From: an uncultured Spirochaetota bacterium
GTDB taxonomy: Bacteria; Spirochaetota; Spirochaetia; SZUA-6; Fen-1364
Direction: 5' to 3'
NCBI GenBank assembly: GCA_963745235.1
Contig: CAVUXE010000037.1
Location: forward strand, 1-64,000
Length of the DNA: 64,000 bases
The position numbers and the translations under genes are program-made. Shown piece by piece: positions 50,842 through 60,864 of the stretch (position 1 is the stretch's first letter; each line of letters starts with the position of its first letter). The notes under the pieces were generated by a model. The model was not told the DNA's origin and did not search any database. It saw only the letters and a list, made by a program, of their open reading frames with translations.

Positions 50842-52707
50842 ATGCGTGTGGTCGCGGACAACAGCAAGTGGAAAGACATCGTGGACGCACTCGATTACGC
50901 GCTTCAACCCATCGTCAGCATCTCTACGGGGGCGTGTCTCGGCTACGAGGCGCTGCTACGGGGATGGCAGCTGGAGGGGTTTCACGGCATTCATGAAGTC
51001 TTTGACGCGGCCTATCGCGATGGCGTGCTCTTCCGCGTCGAGCTGTGGTTGAGAGAGAAGGCAATTAGGAAGTTCACGCGCATTGACAACCACCGCAAGC
51101 GCAAGATGTTCTTCAACATCGACAACCGGGTCCTCCTCATGCCGGATTACACGCCGGGCAGCACCTCGCGCATCCTCGCTGACTGCGGGATCCATTCAGA
51201 CTCGGTCTGCTTCGAGCTGTCGGAAAAGTACGAGCTGAACTACGCCGCGGACGCCGGCATGATACTCAACACCTACAAGAGGCAGGGGTACAAGATCGCG
51301 ATTGATGATTTTGGCACCGGATATTCAGGGCTCCAGCTGCTCTACCATTCGGAACCGGATTTCATCAAGATCGACAGGTTCTTCATTGCGGGAATCGAAA
51401 CCGACATGAAGAAGAAGCTCTTTGTCGGCAAGGTTCTCAATCTTGCCCATACCCTGGGGATCATGGTCATTGCGGAGGGAATCGAAACCGAAAGGGAGTA
51501 CGCGTACTGCAAGGAGATCGGCTGCGACTATGTCCAGGGCTATTTCGTCCAGAAGCCGATCACGGACACCTCTGCTCTGCGGGAGAGGTACCCGCACATT
51601 GCCCGGCTGAACGCCGCTGACCGCAGGGAAAAATCGCTTGACCACGTGCTGATCAACGACCAGATGCAATACCTGGAACCCATTCACCTCCACGCCCAGG
51701 ACTCGGATGATCTCACCGCCATGTCAGCGGTCTTCGAGAAGTTCAGGAGTCACAAGGACTACCGCTTCTTTCCCGTCATCAACGGAAACGAGGAGCCCAT
51801 CGGCATCATCAATGAGAGCAACCTGAAGGAGTATGTCTACTCGCGCTACGGGAAGGACCTTCTTCTCAATCCGGCGGGGGGAAAGACAATCCTCGAGTTC
51901 ATTGAGAAGTGCCCCATTTCCGAGATCAGCACCAGGATCGAAAAGATCCTGGAATGCTTTGCCATGGACAACCTGTCGGAGGGCCTTCTCATGACGGAAA
52001 GCGGGAAGTATGTCGGCTTCCTCAGCGCGCGCTCCCTCCTCCGCGTCATCTATGAAAAGAACATCGCCATCGCGCGGGACCAGAATCCCCTCACGCGGCT
52101 GCCCGGGAACACCCTCATAGCCGAGTTCCTGGAGAACCTCCTGGAGGATGCCGCCGCGGCGTATGTCATCGCGTATTTCGATTTCGACGACTTCAAGCCC
52201 TTCAACGACAAGTACGGCTTTCGCCACGGAGACAGGGCCATCCTGCTCTTTTCCGACATCCTCAAGAATGCTTCTGCAACGGACAGGTTCTTTGTCGGTC
52301 ATATCGGGGGAGACGACTTCTTTTGCGGATTCAAGGTCGGCTATCTGGACGACGCTTCCATCCAGGAGAAGATCCGGCGCATAGCGATCAAGTTCGCCGA
52401 AGACGTGCGCAGCATCTATGATCCGCAGGACAGGGAACGGGGTTTCATCCTTTCCGTGGACCGGGACGGGAGGCGGAGAGAGTACCCCCTGCTGACAGTC
52501 AGCACCGCCATCCTCACCATTCCCGACGGCGACAGGAAGGTCGGGATTGAAGAGGTGGGCACCCTGATTGCCGGGTTGAAGAAGAAGTCAAAGGTTACGA
52601 TCGACAAGATAGCGGCAGCGACGCTGGACGGAGCCTCCCCGGCCCTCGTGCGCCAGGCGCCGGAGCTCCGCGGGTCAATGCGGCTTGTAAAAGGCGCCGA
52701 TCTTTGA
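50842..52707 (+). CDS. EAL-CBS-GGDEF c-di-GMP turnover protein
   Basis: YEALLR, AIDDFGTG, IKID, AEGIE; NPLTRLPGN, FKPFNDKYG, HIGGDDF. Confidence 0.92.
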   Translation: MRVVADNSKWKDIVDALDYALQPIVSISTGACLGYEALLRGWQLEGFHGIHEVFDAAYRDGVLFRVELWLREKAIRKFTRIDNHRKRKMFFNIDNRVLLMPDYTPGSTSRILADCGIHSDSVCFELSEKYELNYAADAGMILNTYKRQGYKIAIDDFGTGYSGLQLLYHSEPDFIKIDRFFIAGIETDMKKKLFVGKVLNLAHTLGIMVIAEGIETEREYAYCKEIGCDYVQGYFVQKPITDTSALRERYPHIARLNAADRREKSLDHVLINDQMQYLEPIHLHAQDSDDLTAMSAVFEKFRSHKDYRFFPVINGNEEPIGIINESNLKEYVYSRYGKDLLLNPAGGKTILEFIEKCPISEISTRIEKILECFAMDNLSEGLLMTESGKYVGFLSARSLLRVIYEKNIAIARDQNPLTRLPGNTLIAEFLENLLEDAAAAYVIAYFDFDDFKPFNDKYGFRHGDRAILLFSDILKNASATDRFFVGHIGGDDFFCGFKVGYLDDASIQEKIRRIAIKFAEDVRSIYDPQDRERGFILSVDRDGRRREYPLLTVSTAILTIPDGDRKVGIEEVGTLIAGLKKKSKVTIDKIAAATLDGASPALVRQAPELRGSMRLVKGADL

Positions 52708-53829
52708 CGCGATCTTGTGCTCCGTGCTGTCCACGAAATCAGGAATGGAAAAGAAGCGCTCCAGGAACATTCCCGCCGCGCCGTACGCCACTGCCTTGTC
52801 GCCCAGGGTGGCGAACTCTATGGCGCATTCGACCGCGTTGTCATACGACCAGTTGCGCCTGATCTCTTCCCTGAGGATCTTCGTCACCTCCGCGCGGTAG
52901 GCGCTTATCTCTCCGCCGAACACCACGCAGGTCAGGTTCAGCACGTTCACGAGCAAGGCGATATGAGCGCACAGCTCCCGCAGGACTTTGAGCAGCACCG
53001 CGCGGTCCTTCCTGATTGTCCTGGCGACCGCGTCGCTGAGGGAGAACTGGCCCTGGTTCTGCTCCTTCCACAGGATGCTCTGGAACTCTCCCGCTGAGAA
53101 ATCGTCGCCGTAGTGGACCCTGCCGTTCAGGACAAAGGCAAACCCGACCGCGATCCCCCAGTAGCCGGACTTCACGGTGCGTCCGGCCCGAAACTCGCCC
53201 AGGACAAACATGAAGTTCGCGTGCCTCTCGGTCTTCTTGAACGCAAGCTCTCCCCAGCAGCAGCACTTCGCGTCGTTCTCTATGAGCACCGGAACTTCCT
53301 GCAGGGAGGCGATTGCGCGGTAGAAGTCCACCGGTTCGCGGATGTTCAGGGGGTTGGACTTCTGGATGATCCCCTTGTGGGGATCGATGATGCCGGCCGT
53401 CCCGACCCCGATCCCGATGAGCGGCAGGGAGACGCGCCGCGTGGATGCGCGCAGCCGCGCGGTGACATCCTGGAACGTGGAGACGATGTCCGCGTCGAAA
53501 CGCATGCTCCCGGAATCCGACAGGATCACCTCTCCCAGCATGTCCGCCGCCACGGCAGTGTAGTGATCTGTCTGGATCTCGATGCCCAGGATGTACCCGT
53601 AGCGGCCGTTGACCATGAGGTGGGTCGGCCGCCTGCCGCCGGCCGGGCCGGACTCCCCGGCCTTCACCCGCTTCACGAGGTTGCGCTTCATGAGGGCGGC
53701 CACGATGTTGGTCACCGTGGACTTCCCCAGCCCGAGCTCGCGCGCTATCTCCACCCTGCTGATCCCCTTGCTGAACCAGAGCTTCTGGAGAACGCGCGAG
53801 ACGTTGATTTCGTTCAGCGTGTTGGCCAT
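52675..53829 (-). CDS. ROK (XylR/NagC-type) transcriptional regulator
   Basis: ISRVEIARELGLGKSTVT HTH, GGRRP, IENDA, AGEF. Confidence 0.9.
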   Translation of the reverse strand: MANTLNEINVSRVLQKLWFSKGISRVEIARELGLGKSTVTNIVAALMKRNLVKRVKAGESGPAGGRRPTHLMVNGRYGYILGIEIQTDHYTAVAADMLGEVILSDSGSMRFDADIVSTFQDVTARLRASTRRVSLPLIGIGVGTAGIIDPHKGIIQKSNPLNIREPVDFYRAIASLQEVPVLIENDAKCCCWGELAFKKTERHANFMFVLGEFRAGRTVKSGYWGIAVGFAFVLNGRVHYGDDFSAGEFQSILWKEQNQGQFSLSDAVARTIRKDRAVLLKVLRELCAHIALLVNVLNLTCVVFGGEISAYRAEVTKILREEIRRNWSYDNAVECAIEFATLGDKAVAYGAAGMFLERFFSIPDFVDSTEHKIASKIGAFYKPH

Positions 53830-53887
53830 GTGACCCCGGGATCATAGCATGCCGAACGGAGGCGACAAACGCCGCGGCAGGCGGCGC

Positions 53888-54697
53888 TCACCCCCGCTCT
53901 CCGCGGGTGACCCTCACCCAGTCCACCAGCATCCTGGCCTTGTCCTCCCGTATCCGCTGGACGGTCTGGTCGGGAAGGCCCCTGTAGGGATGCCGCACGC
54001 CGTTGGTTTTGAAGGGGAACGTGCCGCCCAGGGCGAAGTTCAGGATGAGATACTTTTCCTTGTTGTACGCCCAGGGGCCGTGGAACTCCACCATGGGCCG
54101 GGAGACGCGATACATCAACCTCTCATCCACCCTGAACTCCAGGCTCTCCGGGGTCCAGTCGACGGAGTAGACATGCCACCGGGCAGCGTGGTCGCCCGGC
54201 GGGAAGTAGAGCCGGTTGGTGAGCGCCATCTCGCCGGCGTAGCCGGGGCCATGAAGCGCCGCGCTCACCCAGTCCGGCTCCCCCACGTTCTCCATGATGT
54301 CTATCTCTCCCGAGTCGGGCCACTGCCCCTCTGCCCCGAGCGCCCAGAACGCGGGCCACAGGCCGGCCCCGCCGTCCACCATGATGCGGGCCTCCACCGT
54401 TCCGTAGGTGAACTGGACTCTCTCCCGCGTATCGATGCGACCGGATATGAAGTCGAAGCGTCTCCCCTCCGGCGTGAGAAAGCCGGGCCGGAAGCGGGGC
54501 TGGATGATCAACACCCCGTTCGCCTCCACCGCTTTCCCGTCAAGGCCCAGGCTGATGGTCTCCTCAGAGTCGACATAGGCCTGCTGCTCCTCGTTGACGG
54601 TGACTCCCGTGACGCGCACGTTCCACGCCGAGCGGTCAAGCGCGGGGCGGTTGAAGTCGTCGAAAAACACTGTGTCGGGCTCACTGTTGAGGCTCAT
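53888..54697 (-). CDS. GH16 glycoside hydrolase (laminarinase-like), no signal peptide
   Basis: GLWPAFW, GEIDIMEN, WHVYSVDW, LNFALGG, VDWVRV. Confidence 0.92.
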   Translation of the reverse strand: MSLNSEPDTVFFDDFNRPALDRSAWNVRVTGVTVNEEQQAYVDSEETISLGLDGKAVEANGVLIIQPRFRPGFLTPEGRRFDFISGRIDTRERVQFTYGTVEARIMVDGGAGLWPAFWALGAEGQWPDSGEIDIMENVGEPDWVSAALHGPGYAGEMALTNRLYFPPGDHAARWHVYSVDWTPESLEFRVDERLMYRVSRPMVEFHGPWAYNKEKYLILNFALGGTFPFKTNGVRHPYRGLPDQTVQRIREDKARMLVDWVRVTRGERG

Positions 54698-55527
54698 CCC
54701 CGTACCGATCCCTGGAGGACCCCCGCGTAGATCCAGCGCTGAAGCACGAGGAACAGCGCCGCAATGGGAAGCGTCAGCATGAGGATGGCCGCCGCCAGGG
54801 TGGTCCAGTCGTTTCCGTACTGTCCGTAAAAGACCATGAGACCCCGCGTGATGGGCATGTACGTCTTCTTCGTGAGGTAGATCAGGGGCGTGACGTACTC
54901 GTTCCAGATCCCGATGGCATGCAGAACGATCACGCTCGCAAGCGCCGGCCGAATCAAGGGGAATATCACCCGCATCACGAATCGGACGTAGCCGCTGCCG
55001 TCCATGGCAGCCGCCTCGTCCAGCTCTCTGGGGATGGAGCGGATGTAGTTCACCAGGATGACTATGCCGATGGGATCCACCAGGAAGAGCAGCGTGTAGC
55101 CGACGGGCGTGTTGTACAGGCGCAGGTGGAGCATGAGCTGGAACTGGGGAATGAGCGCATAGGGAAGGAAAAGAGCCACGACGAACAGGCTGAAAAGAAA
55201 ACCGCTCCCGCGGACATAGCGGCGCGCTATCGGGAACGCGACAAAAACGGCGGTCAGGATATACAGGCTCGTTGCGGCCACCGTGTAGAGAATGGAGTTG
55301 CGCAGGTACAGGGGAAAGTTGGCCTTGTTCCAGGCAGTCACGAAGTTCGTGAGCTGCAGCCGTCCAACGATGGCCGTGGGATTGAGACTGAACTCCTGGC
55401 GCGTCTGGAGGGAGACATTCACCACCGTGAGCAGGGGCCCGAGGTAGACGGCGGCAAGCACCACCAGGACGGCAAACGAGGCTACGGCGGCGGGTCGAAC
55501 GGGCCGCGGGTGCGTCGCACCGCTCAT
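54694..55527 (-). CDS. Carbohydrate ABC transporter permease
   Basis: IPRELDEAAAMDG EAA loop, WNEY. Confidence 0.92.
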   Translation of the reverse strand: MSGATHPRPVRPAAVASFAVLVVLAAVYLGPLLTVVNVSLQTRQEFSLNPTAIVGRLQLTNFVTAWNKANFPLYLRNSILYTVAATSLYILTAVFVAFPIARRYVRGSGFLFSLFVVALFLPYALIPQFQLMLHLRLYNTPVGYTLLFLVDPIGIVILVNYIRSIPRELDEAAAMDGSGYVRFVMRVIFPLIRPALASVIVLHAIGIWNEYVTPLIYLTKKTYMPITRGLMVFYGQYGNDWTTLAAAILMLTLPIAALFLVLQRWIYAGVLQGSVRG

Positions 55528-56459
55528 CCCAGCAATCTCCTCTCCCGCCGCCTCATGAGGTACTGCGCGGTCATCCCGATGATGAGCACCAGGACGAACA
55601 GCACCACGGAGGCCGCCGCGCCGTATCCCTGCCGCATGGCCACGGCAGTGGGGTTCTGCACCGTCCGACCGAATGCGATTGCGTAGATGATCAGCCCGAG
55701 GACCTGGGTGCCGTTTGTCACGCCTTTCATCACGAGGAGCAGCTGCCACGCCTGCAGCGACCCGATGATGGCGAGGGTCAGGTTCGTATTGAGGCTCGGG
55801 GTCAGCAATGGATAGGTGATGTGGCGGAAGGATTGCCAACCGGATGCGCCATCGATCCGGGAGGCCTCGACGAGCTCGGACGGGATGGTCTGCAGACCGC
55901 CGAGAAAGATGATCATGGTGACACCCATGTTCGCCCAGATCTGGACCCAGGTCACCCAGAGGAATGCCTGGAAAGGAGGGCCGCCAAGAAACTCGCTGTG
56001 TCCCCCCAGGAGCGCAAGGACCTTCTGCGCGGGTCCGCCCAGGGGGTAGAGGAAAAGGGTCCACGTCAGGCCGACGATGGTCACACCGAGAATCACCGGC
56101 AGGAAGAAGACCGTGCGGAAGACGTTGGTGGCAGCCAGGCGCTGGTTCAGGAGCGCGGCAACGAAGAGCCCCAGGCCCGTCTGGATCACCGTCACGATGA
56201 CGGAGAACTCCAGCGTCCGCACAAGCACCTCCGCGTTGTCCCTGGCGTTCTGGCCCAGGAAGAGGAACTCGCGGTAGTTGGAAAGTCCCACGAACTTCGT
56301 GGGAGAGCCGACGAGACCGGAGGCGTCCGTAAAGGAGTAGAAGACCGTGGCCAGGGATGGTCCCAGGGAGATGAGCAGATACAGGAGCATTCCCGGCAGG
56401 AGGAGCAGGTAGGGCACGAAGCGCGACCCCCTGCCCCCGAAGTGAAAGGCATGCCTCAT
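55524..56459 (-). CDS. Carbohydrate ABC transporter permease
   Basis: FRTVFFLP, LQTIPSELVEASRIDGA, GYGAA. Confidence 0.92.
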   Translation of the reverse strand: MRHAFHFGGRGSRFVPYLLLLPGMLLYLLISLGPSLATVFYSFTDASGLVGSPTKFVGLSNYREFLFLGQNARDNAEVLVRTLEFSVIVTVIQTGLGLFVAALLNQRLAATNVFRTVFFLPVILGVTIVGLTWTLFLYPLGGPAQKVLALLGGHSEFLGGPPFQAFLWVTWVQIWANMGVTMIIFLGGLQTIPSELVEASRIDGASGWQSFRHITYPLLTPSLNTNLTLAIIGSLQAWQLLLVMKGVTNGTQVLGLIIYAIAFGRTVQNPTAVAMRQGYGAAASVVLFVLVLIIGMTAQYLMRRRERRLLG

Positions 56460-56487
56460 TCCATCGCTCCTCAGCCGGTCCGAGAGA

Positions 56488-56511
56488 AGGCGCCGCGCGT
56501 TGGCGGCGCCT
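56488..56511. other. GC-rich hairpin after the solute-binding gene (possible mRNA stabiliser or partial terminator)
   Basis: AGGCGCCGC-gcgttg-GCGGCGCCT. Confidence 0.55.
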
Positions 56512-56531
56512 CTTCCTTGTCCGTGCCGCCT

Positions 56532-57818
56532 CTAGCGGTTTGCGTTCAGGCCGGCGTCCAGGTCCGCCTGGGCCTGGTCAGCGAGCTTGCGCGCGTCATC
56601 CCACTGGTTGAAAGGCTTGAAGAATGAGGCGTTTGGCTGCGCCCACTGTCCGAAGCCTTTCGGGCTGACCCAGAGCAGCTCGTAGCCGAGACGGAAGTTC
56701 GCGAGGTGCGGCGCCACTTCCCTGCCCAGGACGGTGTTGAGCTTTGCCGTGGGCTGCGTGGGCATGATGCCGGTGGCGTTGACGTAGGCCTGGTAATTCT
56801 CCGGTTTGGAGAAGAAGGCCAGCCACTTCATGGCCGCGTCTTTCTTGTCCGTCTTCGCCGCGACGATCCAACCCACATCATACTTTCCAGCAAGATACTT
56901 GTTGTCCGCCGCCTTGTCGCTGCCGGGCATCGGGAAGTAGCCATAGTTCATCTTGGGGTTTGCCGTTTCAATGGCCGGGGCGTCCCAGGAGCCCGCGGGA
57001 TACATTGCGGCTGCACCGGAAGCGAAGCGGCCCGGAGCGGCGTCGAAGGAGATTCCGCTTGCCCCCGGCTCTATCATGTCACGGGCCAGCACCTGCATCT
57101 TCTTCCACATGTCCAGGGAGCGAGCGTCATTCCATTTGATCGTCCCGTTCCACAGGCCCTTCACGAGCGCCGCCTGGTCGGGATACTCCGCGAGGAGGAT
57201 GCCGTAGCCGGCCACCAGGACCGGCCACCCGTCTTTGCCGCCGGCCGTCATGGGGGCAATGCCGTTTTTCTTGAACGTGTCACAGGCGGCAACCAGCTGG
57301 CCCCAGGTTGTGGGGACCTTCACGCCGTACTTCGCGAAGAGGTCCTTGTTGTAGAACACTCCCGTGAAGGCGTAGCGGCCCGTGTTGACCTCATAGACTT
57401 TTCCATTGAAGGAGCCGGCATCCCTGATTGCCGAGGAATCGTAGTGCTTCAGGAAGGGCTGGCCGGTGAGGTCCATGAGCAGGCCCGCTTCAATGAGAGT
57501 CTGCCAGTTGGGCTTGTCCGCATTCTTCATGTAGGGCTGGATCCCCTGCGCAAAGCCGAACATGTCGATGATGTCCACGTCGTTGGCCGTCAGGCGCGTC
57601 TGCGTGGAGGTGGCCAGCTCATCCGACTTCACCACGGAGACATCCACCGTGATGTCGGGGTACTGCTTCTGGAACTTTTCATTGAATGCGTTGATATAGT
57701 CCACGAGCGGAGCATTCTGGTGGATAAGAAGCTCCAGGGTAACCTTTCCCTGCGCAAAGAGGCACAGCGGCAAGGCTGCCAGCAGGACAAGGGCCACAAA
57801 AAACCGTCTGTTCTTCAT
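56532..57818 (-). CDS. Sugar ABC transporter solute-binding protein
   Basis: Signal peptide; FYNKDLFAKYGVKVPTTW, FASG.AAM. Confidence 0.92.
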   Translation of the reverse strand: MKNRRFFVALVLLAALPLCLFAQGKVTLELLIHQNAPLVDYINAFNEKFQKQYPDITVDVSVVKSDELATSTQTRLTANDVDIIDMFGFAQGIQPYMKNADKPNWQTLIEAGLLMDLTGQPFLKHYDSSAIRDAGSFNGKVYEVNTGRYAFTGVFYNKDLFAKYGVKVPTTWGQLVAACDTFKKNGIAPMTAGGKDGWPVLVAGYGILLAEYPDQAALVKGLWNGTIKWNDARSLDMWKKMQVLARDMIEPGASGISFDAAPGRFASGAAAMYPAGSWDAPAIETANPKMNYGYFPMPGSDKAADNKYLAGKYDVGWIVAAKTDKKDAAMKWLAFFSKPENYQAYVNATGIMPTQPTAKLNTVLGREVAPHLANFRLGYELLWVSPKGFGQWAQPNASFFKPFNQWDDARKLADQAQADLDAGLNANR

Positions 57819-57831
57819 CCTTCGTCCCTCC

Positions 57832-57856
57832 TTAGTTCGTTTCGTAGCCGAACCAA
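57832..57856. promoter_or_regulatory. XylR/ROK-type operator
   Basis: TTAGTTCG-N9-CGAACCAA 25-bp dyad between the promoter and the RBS. Confidence 0.65.
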
Positions 57857-57861
57857 CCGGT

Positions 57862-57889
57862 AGGATAACACAAGGCGGCTGTTTGTCAA
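57862..57889 (-). promoter_or_regulatory. Sigma70 promoter of the ABC/GH16 operon
   Basis: TTGACA-16bp-TATCCT with TGn extension. Confidence 0.75.
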
Positions 57890-57909
57890 CACAAATCAGT
57901 TCGTCTGGA

Positions 57910-59773
57910 TTACATCCGCTCCACCGCGGATGGCGCTCCCGGCCCGCCCCCGTTGCCGCCGTGGGCGCCGCCGTCGAGGCTGTCCGGGGCCGGGAGGGCC
58001 GCGGCGGATGCGGCCCCCGCCGCTTCTGTCATCTCTGTGTTTCCGATCTGGAACTGGGCCGTCAGCTTCTGCAACTCCAGCGCCATGCGCGACAGCTGCG
58101 CGGTTGCGGCAGACATCTCCTCCGCGGATGTTGCAGCGCTCTGCGTGACGTCGTTGACGTTCTCCACGGCCTTGGACACCTGCCTTGCGTTTGTCGTCTG
58201 TTCTTCGGTGGCCGCCCGTATGCTCTGGCTCATTTCACTCACGTTCTCCAGCGCCCGGGCAAGCTCCTCCACCGCCGCAACCTGGCGGCGCGTGGCCTGG
58301 GAAAGCGCGGCAATCATTTCCTGCACCTTCTGCGAGGCCGCGCGGATCTGCTCCATGGCAAGCTGTGAGCCCTTGGCCGTTGCGACGCCCCTGGTCACGT
58401 TCTTCGCGCTTTCCTTGATCAGGCCCGAAATCTCCTTCGTGGAGGAGGAGCTGCGGTCCGCCAGCTTGCTCACCTCGTCCGCAACGACGGCGAAGCCCCG
58501 TCCATGCTCCCCCGCCCGCGCTGCCTCGATGGAGGCGTTGAGCGCCAGGAGGTTCGTCTGGTCAGCGATGTCGGAGATCACGCTCACGATCCCGCCGATC
58601 TTCTCCGAGCTGCTGGCTATCAGGTTGATCCCGTCCACCACTTCGCTGACCGCCTTCGCCCCCTCCAGGGCGTTTTCCACCGACCTCTGGGCAAGGTCCG
58701 AGATCTCCGAGAGGTTCTTCGACACTTCCTCGATGGCCCGGTGCACCTGGATCATGGAGCCGGAACCCTCCTCGACGGCGGAGACCTGGCGCTGCGCATG
58801 CTGGGAGACCTGGTCCACCGAAGCGCTGAGCTCTTCCACGGCCGCGCTTGTTTCCTCCAGGGTTGACGCCTGGCTCTGGGCGCCCACGGCGAGCCTCTCG
58901 GCGCCCGCCGTAAGCTGCTGGCTGGAGGCGGCAACCTGCACGGCGCTCTGCTGCACGTTCGCCACCGTGTCGCGAAGCTTCATGGACATGTCATTCAAGG
59001 ACCCGGCGAGGCTCCCGATCTCATCCCTCTGCTGGATGGGAAGCTGCCGCGTGAAATCCCCGTCAGCGATGGCGTGCGCAAACTCCATACTCCTGCGAAG
59101 TGGTCGGGAAATGCCGACCGCGATGATGATGCACAGGATCGCTATGGCAACAAGGATCACGGCCGCCACCCCAAGGAGGAGGATCATTGATCGGGCTTCG
59201 ACCGCTGATGCCATGTTTTCGATCCTCAGCGATTCCTTGTTCGCCATCGATCCCACCGCGTCGATGCTCTTGCGGTGGTTCTCATACCAGGCGCCGAGGG
59301 TCCCGCCGACAATCGCATCCACCTGGTCAGCATGCCCCGCCTGGACTGCGGGGATGAGCTGGGTATCTACAATGTTGAAGAACTGGGCCGCGGAGTTGTA
59401 GGACTCGTCGATCAGCTTGTCCCGCATGGGTCCCGCGGGAAGGTGCGATGCCCAGTACTCGTGCCGATCCCTGTAGTCCTTTTCCAGGGCCGCCAGCCTC
59501 CTGGTAAGAACGTCGACGTCCGAGGCAATTTTTGCGTCCTTCAACTGCAGCGTCGTCAGGTAGGCCTCCATGATGTTCTCGGGAGCAGGCATGATATCGG
59601 CGACAAGGTCCTTTTGAAGCACGATTTCCCGATAGACGGGGCTGTTTATCGTGATCGTCGAAATCGTGTACCAGGAATACCCGCCAAACGCCAGGAAACC
59701 TGCGATGAAAACGCCGCTGAGCAGAAGAAGCTTCCTGCCCAACGCGCAAGTTCGCGATGAATCCTGCTTTCAT
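57910..59773 (-). CDS. Methyl-accepting chemotaxis protein, frameshift near the start (~59738)
   Basis: [12 protein letters not shown] joins RKLLLL; HAMP; MCP hairpin; GGAGG RBS. Confidence 0.93.
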
Positions 59774-59803
59774 GATGACGCCCTCCTGGGACCATTCGAT
59801 GGC

Positions 59804-59819
59804 TGCAAGTACCGTGCCA
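59804..59819 (-). promoter_or_regulatory. Sigma54 (-24/-12) promoter of the MCP gene
   Basis: TGGCAC-GGTAC-TTGCA, exact consensus, 30 bp upstream of ATG. Confidence 0.75.
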
Positions 59820-59958
59820 GCTTAGAACAGCAGGTGATTTGTTACAACTTGGAGCTATGAACGCATCACGCGGCCCGAGCGCCGAACGCATGCAAACGCG
59901 CAGCCGTCACCTGCGTGGTATACTGGGGCACTACAAACCACTGACCAAGGGGACAACC

Positions 59959-60864
59959 ATGACGACTTTCGCAGAGATTATGGAGAAAGCCCGCACTGCG
60001 GGTCCAGTCCGCTTCGTTGTCGCGCAGGCTGCCGACTCAACCATCCTGGAAGCCCTTGCCCAGGCGGAAAGCGCCGGATTCGCCCGGCCCATCCTCGTGG
60101 GGCGCGGTGATGAGATCCGCAGGGCTGCGCGGGAGCGCGAGGTGTCGTTGAACGGCTGGGAGGTTGCGGAAGCTGAGAATGCCGGGGAAGCAGCTACGCA
60201 AGCCGTCAGGCTCGTTGCAAGCGGCAAGGGAGATATCCTCGTCAAGGGGCTCCTGCAAAGCGCGGACCTCCTGCGCGCGGTCCTCAACAAGTCAAACGGT
60301 CTGACAACGGGCCGCACCCTTTCGCATGTCGGGGTTTTCCGGTTTCCCGAGTCGGATCGGTTTCATTTCGTCACGGACGCGGCCCTGACCATCTCCCCTG
60401 ACCTCCAGCAGAAGATCGACATCGTGCGAAACGCCGTCGATGTCGCCCACAGGCTCGGGGTGGCGCAGCCAATTGCAGCCATGCTGTGCGCAATCGAAAC
60501 GGTGAATCCCGAGATGCCGGCCACGGTGGATGCCGCCTGTATTGCGAAAATGGCGGACCGAGGGGCCATTCCCGGCGCGCGCGTGGAGGGCCCGCTCGCC
60601 CTGGACAACGCCGTGAGCGTGGAGGCGGCGCAGCACAAAGGCATCACGGGAGACCTGGCGGGGCGGGCAGACATCCTTGTAGCGCCGAATATCGAGGCCG
60701 CCAATATCCTGTACAAGGCCCTGATATTCTTCGCAAAGGCGGAAGAGGCGGGCATAGTCATGGGAGCACGGTGTCCGATTGTCCTGGCCTCCCGCAGCGA
60801 CTCGGCCCGGAACAAGCTGTATTCGCTGGCCCTCGGGGCCCTGACGCGCTCTGGCGGGATTTAG
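59959..60864 (+). CDS. ptb: Phosphate butyryl/acetyltransferase
   Basis: LVKGLL, LSHV, TDAA, GPLALDNA, ADILVAPNIEAANILYK, LASRSD. Confidence 0.88.
   Translation: MTTFAEIMEKARTAGPVRFVVAQAADSTILEALAQAESAGFARPILVGRGDEIRRAAREREVSLNGWEVAEAENAGEAATQAVRLVASGKGDILVKGLLQSADLLRAVLNKSNGLTTGRTLSHVGVFRFPESDRFHFVTDAALTISPDLQQKIDIVRNAVDVAHRLGVAQPIAAMLCAIETVNPEMPATVDAACIAKMADRGAIPGARVEGPLALDNAVSVEAAQHKGITGDLAGRADILVAPNIEAANILYKALIFFAKAEEAGIVMGARCPIVLASRSDSARNKLYSLALGALTRSGGI

Noticed and set aside
50842-52707. EAL-before-GGDEF order and GGDDF motif as a novelty
   Set aside because: EAL-CBS-GGDEF proteins with GGDDF are a familiar architecture
2224-59773. Frameshifts in the sensor kinase, amidase, ATPase, glgX, proA, rSAM maturase, NmrA, oxidoreductase and MCP as pseudogenes or programmed frameshifts
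   Set aside because: They are single-base shifts, mostly in short G/C runs of otherwise intact genes including housekeeping ones, and have no shared slippery motif; assembly indels are the simpler explanation
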